NCBI GenBank assembly: GCA_900128395.1
Contig: LT649323.1
Span: forward strand, 1-37,649
Length of the DNA: 37,649 bases
Direction of reading: 5' to 3'
Source of the DNA: Stramenopiles sp. TOSAG23-2
Lineage: Eukaryota
The notes under the pieces were generated by a model. It worked only from the letters and a program-made list of their open reading frames with translations, did no database searches and had not been told where the DNA came from. Below are positions 9,886 to 21,002 of the stretch, in pieces. Each line of letters opens with the position of its first letter. The first letter of the stretch is position 1. Made by a program: the position numbers and the translations under genes.

Positions 9886-10856
9886 TTTGTATATAATTCT
9901 TCATGGAATAAAGCACTGCTAAATTGGCTGGCCATTGGCTGGTCCACGGTGCACACAGGTCATCTTTCATGAATTAGTATACTAAGAAGTAGAATACTGA
10001 AGCGTCGATCAGGAAAGTTTCCAGTAATAATACTTATTTTTACCACTAATAAATCCATTTTATCCTCTATAAAAATATTCATTGTTACTTCCATTAACAT
10101 ATAAATAACAATAAAATATAAATGATTAAAATATCAATAATAGCATAGTATATAATATTAAATATCCGATTTAGGTCATTTTATTTGCAACACATATATC
10201 AGGAGAAAACGAGAATATATACATATATCAAGACGGAAGTGTACTTGTGAAGAGGTGTGTAGAGTAGATCTTTTAATACAAACGTAAAAGATTATACAAC
10301 GTCTGCAGTAGGTTTACTTAAGAACATTCTTTTTAAGTATTTTTCAATTCAAACGTTTATACAGTATAATCATTTCAATCTTTTCAAGGGAATAATTCAT
10401 TAATAGTAGATTCAATTATTCAAGACAAGATTTATATTCCATTTTTTCAGTAAATAAGTTTTTTTTTTTTTGTTATTCATTCAACTTTTTTCATAAGTAT
10501 AAAGTTAATAACAACAACAACAAACTTTTCAGTTTAATATATATATCGTTTATTATATAGTGTATATATATATCATATACAGTATATACATTTGTTGTCG
10601 ATATTTATAACGAAGCATATATATATATATATATTACATATTTGTTTCAGAAAAGAAAAAAGTTTTACGTCAAACTTTTTTTTTTTTTCTTAGCGTCCAG
10701 TAGAAATATATTTAAATATATATTTATACAACAGTATTTTTAAAACGCTATTTCTAGCATTTCGTACAATAAATTATATACATTTGGTATATATTGTACA
10801 TTTTTAGTAAATAATAATAATAATAATAATAATAATAGTAAAAACATATTTAAAAT

Positions 10857-13583
10857 ATGACAGACACGGCAAAACAAGCACAAAATTCAAAGGCGTCGAC
10901 AAAAAATAAAGGTAATAAACCAAAAAAGTTAAAAGGTGATGACTTAGTAAAAGCTGTACAAAAGCAAATTGAGTTTTATTTGTCAAGAGACAACTTGCAA
11001 AATGATGCATATTTGGTACAACAAATGGATGCATCTTTGTATGTACCAGTGAAAGTACTTGCTAACTTTCCAAAAATTGTATCGTTAACGAAAGAAATGA
11101 ATATCATTTTAAAAGCTATTAAAACCAGTAAAGTAGTTCAGATAAATGGTGACGATACGTTGGTCAAGCCTGATATTACTATGGAACGAAATACTATCAT
11201 TTTACGTGACGTATCTTCCGATGTGAAAAAAGAAGATATCATCGCATTATTCAAAGAGCATAACGCAAAAGCGCTTAATGTACGAAGTGACATCAATGAC
11301 GTTTGGTTTGTACAAATGGAAAGTGAAGATGCTGCTCGTGAGGTATTGTTAAAAATGATGTCCTCCGGTAAAAAGTTAAAAGGTAAACCAATACGTGGTG
11401 GTTTGAAAACGGAAAGTTTATTACGCTCTGTGACACCTAAAGGTGGTGCATCTCCAAAAAATGCGTTGTCAGATGGTAACTCCAACAATCCATCCAACAT
11501 GACTGGGCGCAATCCAGGAACGGGTGGAAGCAATATGTATTCGCAACCACCACCACAAAACATGGGAATGCCACAAATGTACCCACCAATGCAAAATGGT
11601 ATGCCACCAATGTATGGATACATGAATGGAATGCCTCAAATGCCACCAGCACCGTACATGAACAATGGTATGGGGTATCAACCGTACATGAATGCACCTC
11701 ATATGTACAGCCCGCGTTTCATACCAGGCCAAGGTCAAGGGCAGCAATCGAATCAAAAAGGCGGTAAAGGGAATCGTACGGCACGAGGTAACAATAACCA
11801 AAGTGGCTATCAGCAAGGTGGTTATCAACAAGCAAATGGTTATACTCGCAATTCAAATCGCAACAATCAAATGCATGCAGGTGGACGTGGTCCACGTGCG
11901 AACCAACATCGTTACAACAACAATCGCAATAATTATAACAATAATTACCATCAACAAAATAATGCTGTTGCTCATAATATGAATAATGCAAACCATCAAA
12001 ATAACCAACATAATAATAGTAACCATCAATCATCGAACAATAATTCACAACATCATAACAATAAAAATCATAAAGTAGACAACAACAACAACAATAGCAA
12101 AAACAATAAGAATAGCAACAATTCCAATAATGCAAGTGCAGAGGTGAATAATAATAGTAATAACAGCAATAACAACTCTGGTAACAGCAGTGGGAAAAGC
12201 CGCAAAAATAAGAAGAAAGGTTCCAAATCTGATACAAATGCTGATAATAATAACAATAGTGGAAACAATTCAAAATCATCAAAAGATAAAGATCAAAAAA
12301 GTTCGAAAGGTGAAAAATCGAAGAAGAGGCGTAATTCGAAAAATGACAAACAGAAAGATAGCAATGCAAATATTAATGTCAACAGTGCATCTGATTTCCC
12401 ATCACTTGGTGGTTCATCAAAACCAGTCAGCACAAAATGGGGCAAAGGCGATGCGAGTGCCATTAAACGTGCACCAGAGCAAGAAGCCAGCGATGCAAAG
12501 AAAGAAGCATTTGCACGTTTAAAAACCAATGTCAATGAGGGAAATGCAAAAAAAGTAGTAACAAACGTCATTGATAATGCTGTTGCACAATCAAATAATA
12601 AAAAAACAAGTGGAAACAACAACAGCAGTGGCAAAAATAATAAATCTAGCGGTAAAAATAAAGATAACAATAATAGTAACAAGAATCAACAAAGTAATAG
12701 CAGTGCTTCGGCTGCGAATAATGTTGAAAGCAAACAGCCAGTTGGCGATAATAAACAATTTTCATGGGCGGCTACCGTTGCAAAGACAGCGAATGTACCT
12801 GTAAAGCCTGTTGCAAGCAAATCCGCTGGTAAAAATAGTGATGGAGGTGATGGTAAGAAAAAGAAAAAGAATGATAAAAATGGAAGTGGTAAAAAGGGGG
12901 ATAAATCAGGATCCAAATCATTGAATAACAATGCAAAACAAGGAAACGCGTCAAAATCTCCTGGATCCAGTCCAAATCGCAATAATCAAACGGGTAATTC
13001 AGATAACAGCAATAATGGTAATAATAATACAGCACCCAATGATAGTTCAAATAAAGCGACTGCTACGAAAACCAGCGCGCCGGCACCTAGACGTGGATGG
13101 GAGCGCCCAGAATTAACAAAAGAAAGGGAGAAACTTTTAAAAGAAAAAGCCCAACGCGAGTCGGTCGATGTTGCCCAAACAGATGGTCAACAAAAAGACG
13201 GTGGCAAAAAAAGTAAAAAGAAAAGTGGAGACAGTGATAAAGGAAACAATAAAAAATCCAATAATAATAAAAACGAAGATAGTAAAGCTAATACAACATC
13301 ATCAGATAGTAAAGGTTCAAATATGAACACGGGAAATGTAGATGATGATCAAAGAGAACGTAGTAATAGTAACAATGGCAAACCAACGTTTGCTGAAATG
13401 CTTCGTAAAAAGCAACAAGCGCAACAAAATAAAGACAAGGCGAATTCTCCAGGGGAAAGAGGTATAAATCAAAATGTTAAAAATTCGAGAGCGCTTGCAT
13501 TTGCCGATGCAACTGGAGCTCAAAGTAGTTTTAATAATGCTGAAAAGCCAGAAAGAGAATTTGTTAGAAGTGATCTTCAATAA
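10857..13583 (+). CDS. La-related RNA-binding protein, LARP4-like (La motif + RRM + long low-complexity tail)
   Basis: La motif QIEFYLSRDNLQNDAYLVQQMD...VPVKVLANFPKI, followed by an RRM (TIILRDV...VRSDINDVWFV). Short conserved-looking DFPSLG, FSWA and TFAEML motifs sit in an N/K/S-rich tail. Confidence 0.88.
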   Translation: MTDTAKQAQNSKASTKNKGNKPKKLKGDDLVKAVQKQIEFYLSRDNLQNDAYLVQQMDASLYVPVKVLANFPKIVSLTKEMNIILKAIKTSKVVQINGDDTLVKPDITMERNTIILRDVSSDVKKEDIIALFKEHNAKALNVRSDINDVWFVQMESEDAAREVLLKMMSSGKKLKGKPIRGGLKTESLLRSVTPKGGASPKNALSDGNSNNPSNMTGRNPGTGGSNMYSQPPPQNMGMPQMYPPMQNGMPPMYGYMNGMPQMPPAPYMNNGMGYQPYMNAPHMYSPRFIPGQGQGQQSNQKGGKGNRTARGNNNQSGYQQGGYQQANGYTRNSNRNNQMHAGGRGPRANQHRYNNNRNNYNNNYHQQNNAVAHNMNNANHQNNQHNNSNHQSSNNNSQHHNNKNHKVDNNNNNSKNNKNSNNSNNASAEVNNNSNNSNNNSGNSSGKSRKNKKKGSKSDTNADNNNNSGNNSKSSKDKDQKSSKGEKSKKRRNSKNDKQKDSNANINVNSASDFPSLGGSSKPVSTKWGKGDASAIKRAPEQEASDAKKEAFARLKTNVNEGNAKKVVTNVIDNAVAQSNNKKTSGNNNSSGKNNKSSGKNKDNNNSNKNQQSNSSASAANNVESKQPVGDNKQFSWAATVAKTANVPVKPVASKSAGKNSDGGDGKKKKKNDKNGSGKKGDKSGSKSLNNNAKQGNASKSPGSSPNRNNQTGNSDNSNNGNNNTAPNDSSNKATATKTSAPAPRRGWERPELTKEREKLLKEKAQRESVDVAQTDGQQKDGGKKSKKKSGDSDKGNNKKSNNNKNEDSKANTTSSDSKGSNMNTGNVDDDQRERSNSNNGKPTFAEMLRKKQQAQQNKDKANSPGERGINQNVKNSRALAFADATGAQSSFNNAEKPEREFVRSDLQ

Positions 13584-14561
13584 ATTTTTCTTTTCCATCA
13601 TGTCAATTTACTAAAGTTGACTGAATAGAACATATGGTATATATATATACATACACGTGAATTTTTTGTATATGTACATATATAGGCACATTTTTGAATT
13701 TTTGATTTCGTCAATACATATCTCGTCGAACCTGTCTTGTTTAATAGTAATAATAATAGCAAATAATAATAATAATAAAAAAAAGAATAATATAAAAAAA
13801 AAAAGAAAGAAAAACAACTCATCATCATCATCAAAATATATATTTAAAATAATGAAAAAATATATATGATATACGAAATCGTTCGTATCACATATATATA
13901 GATAGATAGATACATGTTTATAAAATGCACTTTATGGAATTATATATAAATATATAATATATATACACACACATTCATTGATCCAAATCGTATGTTTAAG
14001 CGAAAACATCAATTTTTTATATAGATCAAAGGTATCAATTAATATATATATATATATACATGTATGTATATGTTGTGGATAACACAATTAGTAAAAATGT
14101 ATTTTTAAAAAGAAGCTATTGTATCAATATGCATAAAAGGAGATGGTTCATTCAGAATCAATTGCCTCCTCGAGTACGAATATTTTACATGATAATCGTC
14201 ACAAATAAAAAGCGTGGAAAAATATTTCCGTGCCGATGTATTATTTAAAAAAGAGTGTACAAAAATATTATTTAAAATATATTTTAAAATATAATACGTA
14301 AAAAAATACGAAGTAATATATATATTTTTCATTATTTATCACATCATATTAAGAAAAACTTTACGATCGAGTATTAATTTAACAAACACCACGCACAGCC
14401 ATTCACTCTCTTTCTACACTTGTCCTTTGAGATACTTGCAAAAACATAAAATTACGTGTGTTCTCGTAATAATTAGGAACGTATCATACAACACATGATT
14501 CAGATAGAATACGAAGTACGTATATATATACATAAAAAAAGAAGAAAATGTACTCTTTATT

Positions 14562-15035
14562 TTAATAATAGTTACTCGTTTCCGCTGGTAATTTTATTTC
14601 ACATCCATCCAATTCCACTTGATACTCTATCTGACAGGAAAGACGCGACGTATCTGTTAATCCCATTGCTAAATCTAACATATCCTCTTCCTCTTCCTCT
14701 GCTATAGGTAATTCATCAAAAACTTCTTCGGAAGTGAATATACAATGACACGTTGAACACATTGCTTCTCCATCACAAGCGCATTCCAGGTCAATGCCTG
14801 CATCTAACATAGCATCGTGCAGTTTATCTCCAGGCCACATGACAACATCAAATTTCTCTCCTTCGCCATCTTCAACTACGAGTTTAATCTCTTTCTTTTT
14901 GACATGACTGGTATGAAATGAATTCTTTTTTATTTGATTTTGTTTTACAAAAATACTAGAAGATGACTTCATATAATTATATTTCTTTAATGTTGGAAAA
15001 AAAATATTTTTATGTACCACACGTAATATATTCAT
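14562..15035 (-). CDS. Mitochondrial adrenodoxin-type [2Fe-2S] ferredoxin
   Basis: ECACDGEAMCSTCH, EEDMLDLA and SRLSCQI motifs; the basic, Ser-rich N-terminus is consistent with a mitochondrial presequence. Confidence 0.93.
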   Translation of the reverse strand: MNILRVVHKNIFFPTLKKYNYMKSSSSIFVKQNQIKKNSFHTSHVKKKEIKLVVEDGEGEKFDVVMWPGDKLHDAMLDAGIDLECACDGEAMCSTCHCIFTSEEVFDELPIAEEEEEDMLDLAMGLTDTSRLSCQIEYQVELDGCEIKLPAETSNYY

Positions 15036-15370
15036 TATTTTACACTTTTGAAATCTGTCTTTAAATTTTATTTAAATAATCGAAGGTAAAGGATATATAT
15101 ATATATATATATACGCACAAACAATATATATATATATATATATATATGATGTACACGCTTGACTCTTGTTATTATTTATATATATATTTGTGTTGTTGTT
15201 TGTTCGATTTGGAAATGATTTTTTCAATATATTATATTATACTAACAAGTATATATCTCTATATATAATATATTTTTAAAAAAATGATGAGAAGAAAAAA
15301 TTTATTGATGACAAAAATAAATTATAATATAATTTTAAAAATTTTTATTAATTTTTTTTTTAAATCAATA

Positions 15371-15898
15371 TCAATCGACATTCAACGATTTTCGTTTGAC
15401 ATCACGAAGTATAAAATTCGTATCTTTCCCCTCTTCTAGACGTTCTTTGCATTCCAATAATTTTCCAACAATACCGACGGTGAAACTTGTACTATACATG
15501 CCATCGAATTCTTTTAACATTTTGGTTGGAATGGTTACTTCGTTTGGTATACCATCTTCGGCTAACTTATTGATATTATTTAATGCTACGTCAAAATTAA
15601 TTATTGCATCAGTCAATTCATTAGTTAAAGTATCATGTGCATTAACATTTTGACTTGAGCTACTTGAACTAGATCTTTCCAGCTCTTTCTCTTTTTTTTC
15701 GATTGAAACATCTTGAATATTTGTATAAAACGTTTGTTTAAAGGTATCTAAAAGTGAAATGGATTTCATAATATTTTCTTGCAAATTTTTAATAGCAGTA
15801 GTGGACCCACCTGTTTCTAATTTATTTACATTATTATTATTATTATTTGTTCTTTTATTTGATCCACCATCTGCATCTTCTCTTTTTCTTTTCTTCAT
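15371..15898 (-). CDS. Small nuclear protein, possibly a divergent Mediator subunit Med10
   Basis: N-terminal MKKRKR NLS. LTDAIINFDVALNNINKLAE...EVTIPTKMLKEFDG resembles the Med10 pattern L..l..i...L..idk....i.vP.ev...iD.G. By-eye similarity only. Confidence 0.45.
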   Translation of the reverse strand: MKKRKREDADGGSNKRTNNNNNNVNKLETGGSTTAIKNLQENIMKSISLLDTFKQTFYTNIQDVSIEKKEKELERSSSSSSSQNVNAHDTLTNELTDAIINFDVALNNINKLAEDGIPNEVTIPTKMLKEFDGMYSTSFTVGIVGKLLECKERLEEGKDTNFILRDVKRKSLNVD

Positions 15899-16150
15899 TG
15901 TTATTTTTTTATGTTTCTGTTAGAGGGGTTATATGTGTAGATAGATGAATGTGTTTAGATATATTTGCATGTCTTTACATTTATATATTTGAATGATGAA
16001 GACTTGTGTATTATCTATATAGTTTATAGTTGTTTTTAAGTTATAGTTTTTGTTCAACAAAACAACACAGTCGTCTATATTATCGTCTACTTGGTAGTTA
16101 TGTGAAAATTTGCTAGTGTTATACTACCTATCATAATATATAAGTATGAT

Positions 16151-16174
16151 ACAGTGCATCTCACTTTGGAATCA
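16151..16174 (+). repeat. Left terminal inverted repeat
   Basis: ACAGTGCATCTCACTTTGGAATCA; 14 of the first 15 nt match the right TIR. Confidence 0.85.
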
Positions 16175-16346
16175 ATATTTTATTAAGGTAGAAATGGAAC
16201 CATTTGGAACACAGTATTATAATCACAGAATGAAATGGAATCATAAAGTACCTTAAATATTAAAAAAGTAAAAATTTAGACAATTATTTTTTCCTTGGTT
16301 CCTCTTGTTCCAGTTGATTCCGTTTTACTCCAATGCATTCCTGTTT

Positions 16347-18640
16347 CTATGCAAATTCGCCCATTCCTTTGAAAAATGGAACAAAATGCAAATATCCGAC
16401 ATTATTTGAAGGAATTTTTAAAAGTTTCAATCGACGCGATACACAAACATAGTTATTTTCCCATGTTCTAATGAAAATACAAGGGATAATTCCATCAACA
16501 TTTTTCATTCCTGGATTGGGAGGATTTGTTGCTGTTGGCGAATTAATAACTGGAAAATCTGGTCCCAAATTGAAGCTGTATTCTCTATTGTGTATTCTAA
16601 CAGGTACAATTTGCTTGAAACCATCATTGTCAAATTTTGCATAGAACTTCTGCTCTTCACAATGGAAAAATGCGGAAAGAAAACTGTCATCATCATTGTT
16701 TTTACAATATTGTTTACCGCCACCATAATGCAATCGTTTTTGTTTATCTTCTGCACTTTCATCATCAATATCATAGCTACTATCTAGCATATGTAGCGCT
16801 TGCATCATATGAAACTTGTCTGTAACATGCTTTGGCCAATCTTTTGATCCTGTATTGGCAGATTTTGCCCATACTTTTACCCTTCGTATAAAACCCTCAA
16901 AAACACGATCGTTTCCTTCAATGTATCGATAATCAAAAGCAGCTGCTATTAAATTTAACATGTTTGGACGTGCCATGACAAAGAACTTATAAAACTGTTT
17001 CCAACTACCATCTCGTTCCTTTAATAATACTTCAGTAATTTTTTGGCCTCCCCAATATCAAAGTTGTCCTGTCCCATTTTTTTTATTATTTCTTTATATC
17101 GTACAGAGCATATTGTATTACATGGTATTAATTCAGGATTATGCTTAATATTGGCACACCACCCTCTATATTTTGTTGTATTTGAACCCACCCCTGCCAC
17201 CCCAAAAAATTTATAAAAGGCCACACCGTCCATCATGCAAATTACTTCAATTAATTCATCTAAATTTGAAATTTGATGCAAAATATTTTTCAATGCAGAA
17301 TGAAAACCTTCATGATTTCTTGAATATCCTGTAGCTAACGAATAAAATTTTTGGTATGTATGGAATTCATGCATGGACTGTTCATCATCTCTATCAGGAT
17401 AGGGCACCAGGACCATTTGCATAATGCTATTCTTATCTTGCACATTTCCTTTTGCATAATCATCATACCAAAGCATTAAAACGATTTTATTATCCTTAAT
17501 ATCTTGTAATATTTTACATGTTATTTCATTTTCTTGTAGCTCCGTTTTTAAGGATGAACGTAAACGATTCCAAGTTGTCTTTGTTTGATTCCATTCGATT
17601 CTAGATTGTTCAGGCAATTCACTTGGCAATATTTTCCAAATGTCAATATCAATAAACGTTCCATTTGTTCCATTTGCTTCCATATTGGTCTGATGTGATT
17701 CCAAGATGGATTTTAACTTTTCCTCTGTTTCCTTAATCTGATCACGAATTGCTCTTAATGTTTCATTACTGTCAATAGCATTGTTTAAGGAACCGTTTAA
17801 TTCCAAATAATTTTTCATCTTCATCTTTATCTTAATATCACGTTTTGATAAATCCAATAACATTGAGTCTATGTTTAATACAGCTACACCATTCAACATA
17901 TTGCATTCTGGTATACCAATTTCATTTGGCAGTTTCAATACAATGATGCGATATATTTGTTCAGAAGTCAAAATCCCATGATATATATGGGATGTATTCA
18001 CTGTATGTTCTATGAAACTCTTTAATGTACTATGGCTTAGATGCTTTCTAAGAAAGGTAACAAACAAATAATGCAATGATAAAAACAAATCATGTTTGTG
18101 TGTGGCATTATAGTAGATGCTTGTGCCATTGATAGTTTTGGTTACAACATTATTAATTGCCTTATATAAACTTGGGTATATACGATGATACTTGCATTTG
18201 TTGTCATTTGTACATTTCCTGCATGGTGGTAAAGGTGGTGGACCATATATGGTTTGGGATGCAGTTGATATAACTGATGGAACGCCATTTTTATCACTAC
18301 TACTGCAATTATTATTATTATCATTGTTAGTGTTATCATCAAACATATTATCATTGTTAGTGTTATCATCAAACATATTGAAGTCATCATTATCGTTATT
18401 GGCACGGCGACGCTTATTATTTTGTTTTTTGTTTGCTTCATATCGATTGTGCTCACTTAATTTATAAATAGATATTTCATTTTTAAATGTTACTTTCAAT
18501 ATATTCTTGTTGCATTTAATGCATTTAATGAGTATTAGATCTGAATCATCTTGTTGATGTGCTGTATAATAATCATCCATCATTGTCAGATCTACATTAG
18601 GTGCAGACCCATCGTCTTTAAAAGCTTCACTGAGAAGCAT
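16347..18640 (-). pseudogene. Putative DDE transposase (CMC/Transib/RAG1-like) split by a single frameshift
   Basis: ORFs 17021-18640 and 16347-16976 join into ~764 aa if one A is added to the A6 run at 17039-17044 (...EAKK|ITEVLLKERDGSWKQFYKFFV|MARP...). Candidate catalytic residues are in LMLWYDD, CMMDG and ESAEDKQK. Candidate Zn ligands are in GWC and TDKFHMMQALH. The N-terminus has CxxC motifs (CIKC, CRKC...CKYH). Confidence 0.65.
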
Positions 18641-18666
18641 TTCTGTAAGTCGGTAAGTATATATCT

Positions 18667-18778
18667 ATATGGAACTATATATATTGTATATAAATATATG
18701 TGGAATGATGCGGAACAAACAATTATTCATATGGAACTATATATATTGTAATATAAATATATGTGGAATGATGCCGAA
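18667..18778. repeat. ~62-bp tandem duplication just upstream of the transposase start
   Basis: atatggaactatatatattgta(a)tataaatatatgtggaatgatgc(g/c)gaa at 18667 and 18729. Confidence 0.9.
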
Positions 18779-20785
18779 TAAAATATACTATTGTATAATA
18801 AATTCATACAATTTTTGATATAAATTAGGATTATATTCAACTTGACAAAACAATATTGAATGGAGCAGAGCAATGCGGAATCAAATGGCGATATATGGAA
18901 CTGATATATGTATGAATTTAAATTATATTAATTTGAATGTTTGTATATAGAGCTTGCAGAACTACTAAGAATATTATGGAATCGAACGGAACAGGATTGA
19001 AAAAATGTACAGAGTTATAAATCTATATTTTATATTATACAATAATTTTGTATTTATTGCTTCCGTATAATGCTATTTCATTCCATGTTGTTCCATGTTT
19101 AGAATTTTTCTTATCTTGTATGAATCTGTATCTATTTGATTCCATATGGTTCTATTTGTTTCATCGAGAAAATAAAAATTTTCACTAAGTTAAAAAAAAA
19201 AAGGGTCTTTTTATACTTTGTGTTTTTTTTTTTACTTTTAAAATCCATACAAATTACATTAAATAAAGACACTACAAATTATTGTATGGGAAAACTAATT
19301 TTCCCCCTAGATAGATAACAAAAGTTCTCATTGATGTTTTAAATTTCCAGAATGTTGTGCAACACAATAGACAACATCTTTTATCTTTTATACTTCGTAT
19401 ACAAATTAACACTAATAACAATGGGGAATTTAAATTAAATTGATTAAATGCACAATTACTTTTCCACCATCAATATTTTGAGTTTTATATTTTATATAGT
19501 ACTTTATCTCACAGTTAAAGTACAAAAACTCTCCTAAATGTCGATATAGTCATTCACAATGAGGTAATAACATAAGCACAGCATTACTTCCAAAAGACCA
19601 TTTTTTGTGTTCTGAAAAATCACGTTATTTGATTCCATGTGCTTCCAAATTTTTTCTAACCACTCAATGGCAAAATAGCATAGAATTAGCACTAGGTGCA
19701 GTCTGACTGTATCCAAAATCACGTTATTTGATTCCATTTGGTTCTACTTTTCTCCATGTTTTGACACTAACACTACAAACAAAGTACTTAATGACCCCTA
19801 TATTAATAAATTTAAATTTTCACGTTGAAGAAAAATTTTACCAATTTTTTGGAAATACACCCACTAATTACATACTATAAATACATATAAATAAAAAACA
19901 TATATATACATCAAAGATATAAATACACATAACTTTTGATCTAGAGCTCCCTAGAACTTCTAGATGTATAGATAGATTGATACTTACATTAGAAAATATA
20001 TATATATATATATATATAGATAGAATAGATAGATAGAATTAAATAGAAAAAATTAAAATTAAATAGAAAAAAGTAAGTATTCTCATTTTCTAAAATTAAA
20101 AATATTTTTTAAATATATTTTAGTTCCATTTGATTCTAATATGTTCTGTTATAACAATTCCAGATGGTTCCATTTAGTTCTAAAAATATCCAATTAATAT
20201 TTTATAAATTTATTGTTTAAGAATGAAATGGAACCATATAGAACCTTTCAAATAGAATCGACAGGAATCAAATGGAACAACACAAAAAGTTTTTGTTAAA
20301 ATTAAAATGAAAATGTTTTATTTTTTTTTTTATTTTTTTTTTATTTTATTTTTTTTTTTTTGGAATGAAATGGAAGAAAATGGAGACGTACTTTTTTCAA
20401 AAGATGAAAAATTAATAATATTAAGGTAAATTTTGAAACATCAATGTCATAGGTACATGTCGAATATTTAAGTACATCTTTAAAGTATATATCGAAAGAA
20501 GAAGTAAAGTTGTAAAAATTGCTTAAATTTTTCATGGAAAGGAAGTTGATAGGAAATTTTTGGTCGTATTGTTGAAATTATTCCGCGTAGCTTTATTCCT
20601 GTTGGTTCTGTCGGGTTCCATGAGTTGTTTTTAGTTTAAGGCTTGCATGGCAAGGAATACAAGTACTGGGCCTGGAATATATTGCGGTAACTACACAGCA
20701 TTACACAGGGAATATAGTATTTTTGGATTTTAACTAACTAAGAAACTATTCCAGTTGATTCATTGTGGTTCTGTATGATTCCAGA

Positions 20786-20809
20786 TAATTCAAGAGTGAG
20801 ATGTACTGT
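20786..20809 (-). repeat. Right terminal inverted repeat
   Basis: TAATTCAAGAGTGAGATGTACTGT on the + strand. Confidence 0.85.
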
Positions 20810-21002
20810 AGTATGATGGAAATAAAAATTACACGCTACACTCTCTCCTATTTTTTTACGTAGTACGAAGAACTATGTCACATATACTACACGTATATAT
20901 ATATATATATATATTCTTTGTACAAAGTACCATATTTTATCACATTATATATACATTAATTACATGTTCGTCTCTCTCTTCATATGTCTTAAAAATTGTC
21001 TC

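Larger units (their letters stand above)
16151..20809 (-). mobile_element. ~4.66-kb cut-and-paste DNA transposon with TIRs and a TSD; superfamily unassigned
   Basis: Left end ACAGTGCATCTCACTTTGGAATCA versus right end (reverse complement) ACAGTACATCTCACTCTTGAATTA, 20/24 identical. The flanking direct repeat AGTATGAT lies at 16143-16150 and 20810-20817. The interior holds a transposase-like ORF and phased internal repeats. Confidence 0.85.

Noticed and set aside
9972-9985. AATTAGTATACTAA shared with 23092-23105
   Set aside because: A 14-nt AT-rich match is expected by chance in a window of this size and composition.
11138-13116. Many antisense and alternate-frame ORFs within the LARP gene, and similar ones in other long genes
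   Set aside because: They are shadow frames of low-complexity or codon-biased coding sequence.
18316-18378. 30-bp in-frame duplication (NMFDDNTNND twice) in the transposase
   Set aside because: It is real but an ordinary slippage event in an Asn-rich linker.
19136-20535. Short ORFs in the right half of the transposon as a second gene (for example RAG2-like or TnpA-like)
   Set aside because: They are 60-67 aa, AT-rich and partly built from the phased repeat (MESNNVI twice), with no recognisable domain. A spliced exon cannot be excluded.
16149-20810. Tc1/mariner assignment from TA-CAGT...ACTG-TA ends
   Set aside because: The encoded protein shows no recognisable paired-like HTH or DD34E/D motifs, and the flanking duplication extends beyond TA.
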